Source of the DNA: Octopus vulgaris
Lineage: Eukaryota
Direction: 5' to 3'
DNA length: 64,000 bases
NCBI GenBank assembly: GCA_951406725.2
Contig: OX597816.1
Location: 80,476,001 to 80,540,000, forward strand
Shown: piece after piece, positions 58,442 to 64,000 of the stretch
Layout of the letters: every line of letters starts with the position of its first letter
Position numbering within the stretch: the stretch's first letter is position 1
Translations under genes and position numbers: made by a program
The notes under the pieces: model-generated
Databases searched by the model: none
What the model was told of the DNA's origin: nothing
Seen by the model: the letters and a program-made list of their open reading frames with translations, nothing else

Positions 58442-58906
58442 GAAGATTTTGCAGCTTTAACACAACACACACATATACAAAGTTGTATAAATATATGAAA
58501 ATATATATAATTCTATATATTTATGAATGTATGTATATCTTCATATATTAAATTTCTAAAACAATTTTTCAAATAATAAAATAACATTTTTCAAATAAGT
58601 GTTCAAATATAAGGTGATAGACAATAAATTTAGACTAAGTAATTTTGCGAATCCATTTTATCAATTTACTTATATATTTTCTAAAATTACATTACTTCAT
58701 AAACGTATTACTTTCTAAATTGTATTACTAAATGTACCACTTCCTATTTACTAAATTTCGTTGAAGTAATCAAATAACATGATACAATTTACTGCATGCT
58801 AGAGTAAAAGAATTCAACAAATCGCAAATAGCATTTGTGTATGCTGTTGCATTACACGTTTGAAGCCTTACAGAACGAGCAACCATATCTCACCCTGTTC
58901 AAGTAT

Positions 58907-58956
<50 letters not shown>

Positions 58957-59072
58957 CATGTATGTGTGTATGTATGTATATATGTATGTATCTGTGTGTA
59001 TGTGTGTGTGTATACAAACGCACTTCATGCACACACAGATACGCACTCACTCACACACATACAATGTATATA

Positions 59073-59111
<39 letters not shown>

Positions 59112-59294
59112 GCATATGCATACATATATATATAGAGAGATAGATACATATACATATATGCATATGTATATATGTTTATATATATATATATATATATGTT
59201 TATATATATATATATTTGTTTATATATATTTATATTTATATATATATATGTTTATATATGTTTATATTCATTTATATATATATATGTTTATATA

Positions 59295-59360
<66 letters not shown>

Positions 59361-59376
59361 TATATATATGGTTATA

Positions 59377-59833
59377 TTCTTTTATTCCTTTGTTTCGGTC
59401 ATTTAACTGCGGCCATGCTGGAACACTGCCTTGAAGGGTTTTAAGCCCAGAACTTATTATGTCGTTCTCTTTCTGTACACCGCGAAGTTACGGAGATATA
59501 AATACACCAACACCGGTTGTCAAACGCAGATGTGGGCAAAAGCACAGACTCAAACACACAATCACTTAGATATATACATATATACATATACGACGGACTT
59601 CTTTCAGTTTTCGCCTACCGAATCCACGAACAAATGGAAGGCAGCATGCATGATCTGAGTGTGATGTTTACTCGAACCTATATAGCTTGACAGTTGTGCG
59701 TGAATGTGAGTCTGTGTGTGTATCGGACCGTGGCTATAGTAGAAAATATTCGCCAAACGTGGCATTGAATCTGGAGCCATGGAACCATATAATTGCGAAG
59801 CAAGCTTCTTACCACACAGCTACACCTACTCCT
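59377..59833 (-). mobile_element. SINE family 2, near full length with a ~90-bp internal insertion
   Basis: Minus-strand head gtagctgtgtggtaagaagcttgcttc, body ggattcggtaggcgaaaactgaaagaagtccgtcgtatat and tail ggcagtgttccagcatggccgcagttaaatgaccgaaac; the 3' end abuts a TA-rich run. Confidence 0.8.
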
Positions 59834-60049
59834 GTATATGTGTATATGTATATAAATATATATATATATATATAAATGATATGTGTATATATATATATAT
59901 ATATAATATAAATGATATATATATGCATATATACATATATATATGTACATACATATATATGCATATATACATATATATATATGTACATACATATATATGC
60001 ATATATACATGCATATATGGCTACAGGAGGTCATAAAATGTAAACAATA

Positions 60050-60330
60050 TGAAATACGAAGACAGACTTTTGTATGCGAACATCGACAAACACAAATGTG
60101 AAACAAGACAAGTAACACAAAGAACGACCCTTCAGCAGTTGTCGGCTGTTTATCTACTCCACATTTCGAGCAATTCACGATAATATGAGGCTTCGAGAAA
60201 ACAGTTACCCTCGCGAAACAAAATATAATTTGGGATTCGCGGAGGATCAAAGTTGGTAAAAAAACCCAGGACAGTGAAAACAATCTTTGACGAGAGAAAA
60301 GATAGGAGATGAGACAGACAAGAAAAGCGT
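60050..60330 (-). repeat. Unclassified interspersed repeat, related to ~62800-63060 (+) and ~32430-32610 (+)
   Basis: Shared motif gagta(g/a)ata(a/g)acagccgacaactg(a/c)tgaag preceded by ctcatatt(a/g)tcgt in the 60 kb and 63 kb copies. Confidence 0.55.
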
Positions 60331-60716
60331 GTGTAAAAGAAAGATGGACGATGGTCGCCTGTGAGCAAACTAGAGAGTAAAGAAGGAAGAGGAAGAGAGA
60401 GGGGGTAGATAGAAAACGGTGAAGGGGTGAGAAAAATAATTAGAGAAATGAAGGGAGTGAAAACATATATTAGTACGTGATGTCACAAAATGCAACCAAC
60501 ATGAAATACGAAGGTATTCGTATTTCGTGTTTTCATATTTTCTATTTCATGTTGTTTTCCTATATCATGTTGGTAACGTTTTATCACGTCCTGTGACCAT
60601 ATATGCATCTACATATATATACATATATTTGTATGTACATATATGTATGTATATATGCATATATATTATATTATTTATATTATTATATGATTGAACGCCA
60701 CACATCCATTTCCAAG

Positions 60717-60762
<46 letters not shown>

Positions 60763-61108
60763 CACATACATATATGATAATGTTACTATCTTATTGTGTA
60801 AGCAATGTGCCTCAGTATACGTAAATGTTCACACATTTGTTCACAAATGTTCACAGACGTATATGTTCTCAGGTATGCGACATTTCGATATTCGGCATTT
60901 GCACATGTTACCAGTCATAATTGAATTTGTGTATGTTTCTAAATTGTTGTACGTGTATGCCCATAGATGTATGACGTAAGCGCAAATAAATAATTAATAT
61001 ACATGTAGAACATGCATATACGAACAAATCGAAGGCATCTCATATTATCTGAGTGTGATGTTTACTCGAGCCTATATATCTTGACAGTGCGTGTGTATGT
61101 GAGTTTGC

Positions 61109-61140
<32 letters not shown>

Positions 61141-61143
<3 letters not shown>

Positions 61144-61310
61144 CTTTTACTTCTTTCATGCAGCCATGCTGGAGCTCCGCCTTAAAGGCTGTTAGTAGAA
61201 GCCTAGTACTTTTTTTATCGATCTTTTCGCCGAACTGCTAAGTTACTGGGACATAAACACACCAGCATCAGTTGTCAAGCGATAGCGGGGAGAAAACACA
61301 GACACCCACA
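61141..61310 (-). mobile_element. 3' half of SINE family 2
   Basis: Minus strand reads cgcttgacaactgatgctggtgtgtttatgtc...taaggcggagctccagcatggctgca...aagtaaaagaat and abuts (TA)n. Confidence 0.8.
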
Positions 61311-61337
61311 CACACACACACACATATATATATATGC

Positions 61338-61374
<37 letters not shown>

Positions 61375-62164
61375 AGCACAAAAATATATGTGAGTATATA
61401 ATTATGCATACAAAGTTAAAGAGAGAGACGGAGTTGACAAAACGACAGACAGACAGACAGAAAGTCAGACAGATAGGCAGGCAGGCAGACAGGCAGACAA
61501 ACAGACAGGCACGCAGATAAATAAACAGACAGGCAGATAGATGCACACATATAAAACTACAAATCCGCTCTCAGGCATTTCTTCTCTTACATATAATTAC
61601 AGGTCATTGTTACAGGTCCAGTTCTCTTCATATGTGTAACAAAAGTGTTCTTATGTTACTTATTAGATAAATTAACAAAGAATTTACTTTATATATTAAG
61701 CACTTTATTCGTAATATATTTTGGTTCTCTGTGTGTTTGATTGTGAGCGATTGACTCTATACTGTGTACAATAGAATAAGCTTTAAATTCTAAAATCGCC
61801 AAAACTAATACAGAAATACAATTCCCACGTCGACTGTGTGTATATGTGCCAGGAATTTTATGTATAATATGCATGAATGCCTACGTATTTATAAAAAGCT
61901 CAAGTTAAACTGTTTCAAGAGTATAGGTTTGTATATTTTATCACTAAAATATGACTTCACCTACACAACCAAATGAATGCAAATCTACATAGATAAAATC
62001 ACAACGTGTTTTGTCACACGGTTTAATGTAGCAGCCAAACCCCTGCACAGGATATTCTAACACTAGAGGGACACATTGTATGATCTGGTTCTAGATACAT
62101 CACTATAATTAAAAAAAGAAAAGACAATACTCGAATTTTATTGATAATAGTTTTTTTCTCGGTC

Positions 62165-62250
62165 AAACAAAAGGGATTTAAACAAAACTATGGCAAATAA
62201 ACTTATAATTAAATATGATTATCATAGTTTTGTTTAAATCTCTTTTGTTT
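62165..62250. repeat. 28-bp-arm inverted repeat (1 mismatch, 30-nt spacer)
   Basis: aaacaaaagggatttaaacaaaactatg / catagttttgtttaaatctcttttgttt. Confidence 0.85.
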
Positions 62251-62595
62251 AATTACGCTAAATTAGTTTATACTGGTTTATATTATCATATCAAATTTAT
62301 ACTATTTTATCTTATTTCTGCATCGTATTCGCTGAATATCATTAAACGGCGGCGTAATACTACCGATGTAATAATATAATAGCTTATAAATAGCAAAGTT
62401 ATTTCAATTCCTGGAGACGTAACAGATAAACAAAATCCCCTTATCCCGTAAATTAAGAGGTTCTTATTCGGTCTGCATCAAAATATATATAAAATATACC
62501 AACTTGAACGTGGACACATATTTGACAATAGGTTTTATAAATGATATTTATTAAATTTATTACTGTATGCTTTTATATTCACACACACATACATA

Positions 62596-62638
<43 letters not shown>

Positions 62639-63457
62639 TATATTTCCAAGTAAGTTTGTCTTAACCTTTTTGATGCGACTCTACTCTATACAGTTTCCTC
62701 CCATCGATCTGTAATTCCCTTTTTCTCCCCTTCGCCATTTTCTATGTCTCTCTCTCTCTCTCTTTCTCCTTTTCTCTCGCTTTCTTTTCTTCACGTGACC
62801 ATCTTTCTTTTCCTGCACGACGTTCTAGGGATTGGACGTCTATCTTTCTCTTTTGTCTTTTCTCTTTTCAAAGAAAATATTTCTCCCAGCGTTCAGTATC
62901 CTTGTATGTCTCCACTGCCCTGTTTTTGTTCACAAATTTTACATTCCATAAATCCTAAATTTTATTTCGGAATTTATGGGAGCAACTGCCTTCGAAGACT
63001 CATATTGTCGTTCAATGTTCAACATAAGTAAATAGACAGCCGACAACTGATGAAGACCATGTTTGATTTTAGCTATATACCTCAAGGTGGACTGCTTAAG
63101 TACAGGTTATTGAAACTGCTTGTTGCTGGGTATGTACGTTTACAACAATGGGCTGATAGCATAGCTTAGTAAATCAAGTAAGAGGCACCTCGAGATATGA
63201 AGTTATGTCAGTAATCAGGTCATACAGGTGCGACGTAACTTGTGATAATTCAGAATATACTGTTTTATTAGTAAATACAAGGTGAGTGACTCAATCCTTT
63301 TATCAGTATCTTGAATGACTAAAGTAACTCCTCCACTATGAAAATATATTTGTTTCAACACACGATTTTAGTGCAACTTAGAATTACATTCATAAACATG
63401 CATACATACGTATTTATTTGTGTATCTGTGTATGCGGATATGTACATCATATATATA

Positions 63458-64000
<543 letters not shown>

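Noticed and set aside
63020-63060. Hammerhead in the gacaaCTGATGAag repeat family (also ~32461, ~60135)
   Set aside because: I could not build helices I and II around the core in these copies

Overview
This is AT-rich eukaryotic DNA, saturated with repeats and intergenic or intronic in character. Its SINE families and microsatellite load resemble an octopus genome (inference from recall, not a database result). I recognise no host gene; almost all ORF-track entries are translated microsatellites. The dominant features are two near-full-length CR1-group LINEs in convergent orientation (A 3794-8434 +, B 12238-16449 -). Both sit inside (TA)n and end in (AATC)5. Each has an APE-endonuclease/RT ORF2 and an unusual ORF1 (trihelix Myb/SANT-like N-terminus plus CCCH finger). 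The copies are nearly identical in ORF2 but have diverged ORF1 N-termini and unrelated 5' UTRs. Copy A's UTR is a ~700-bp hierarchical tandem array with 11 copies of a GT-box-like motif, which suggests self-regulation by ORF1. The window also holds at least four tRNA-derived SINE families, one sharing the LINE 3' tail, plus RTE and pogo/Tigger relics and several fold-back structures. A GC-rich hairpin island at ~40.8-41.0 kb contains all hammerhead ribozyme core parts in a non-circularly permuted order.
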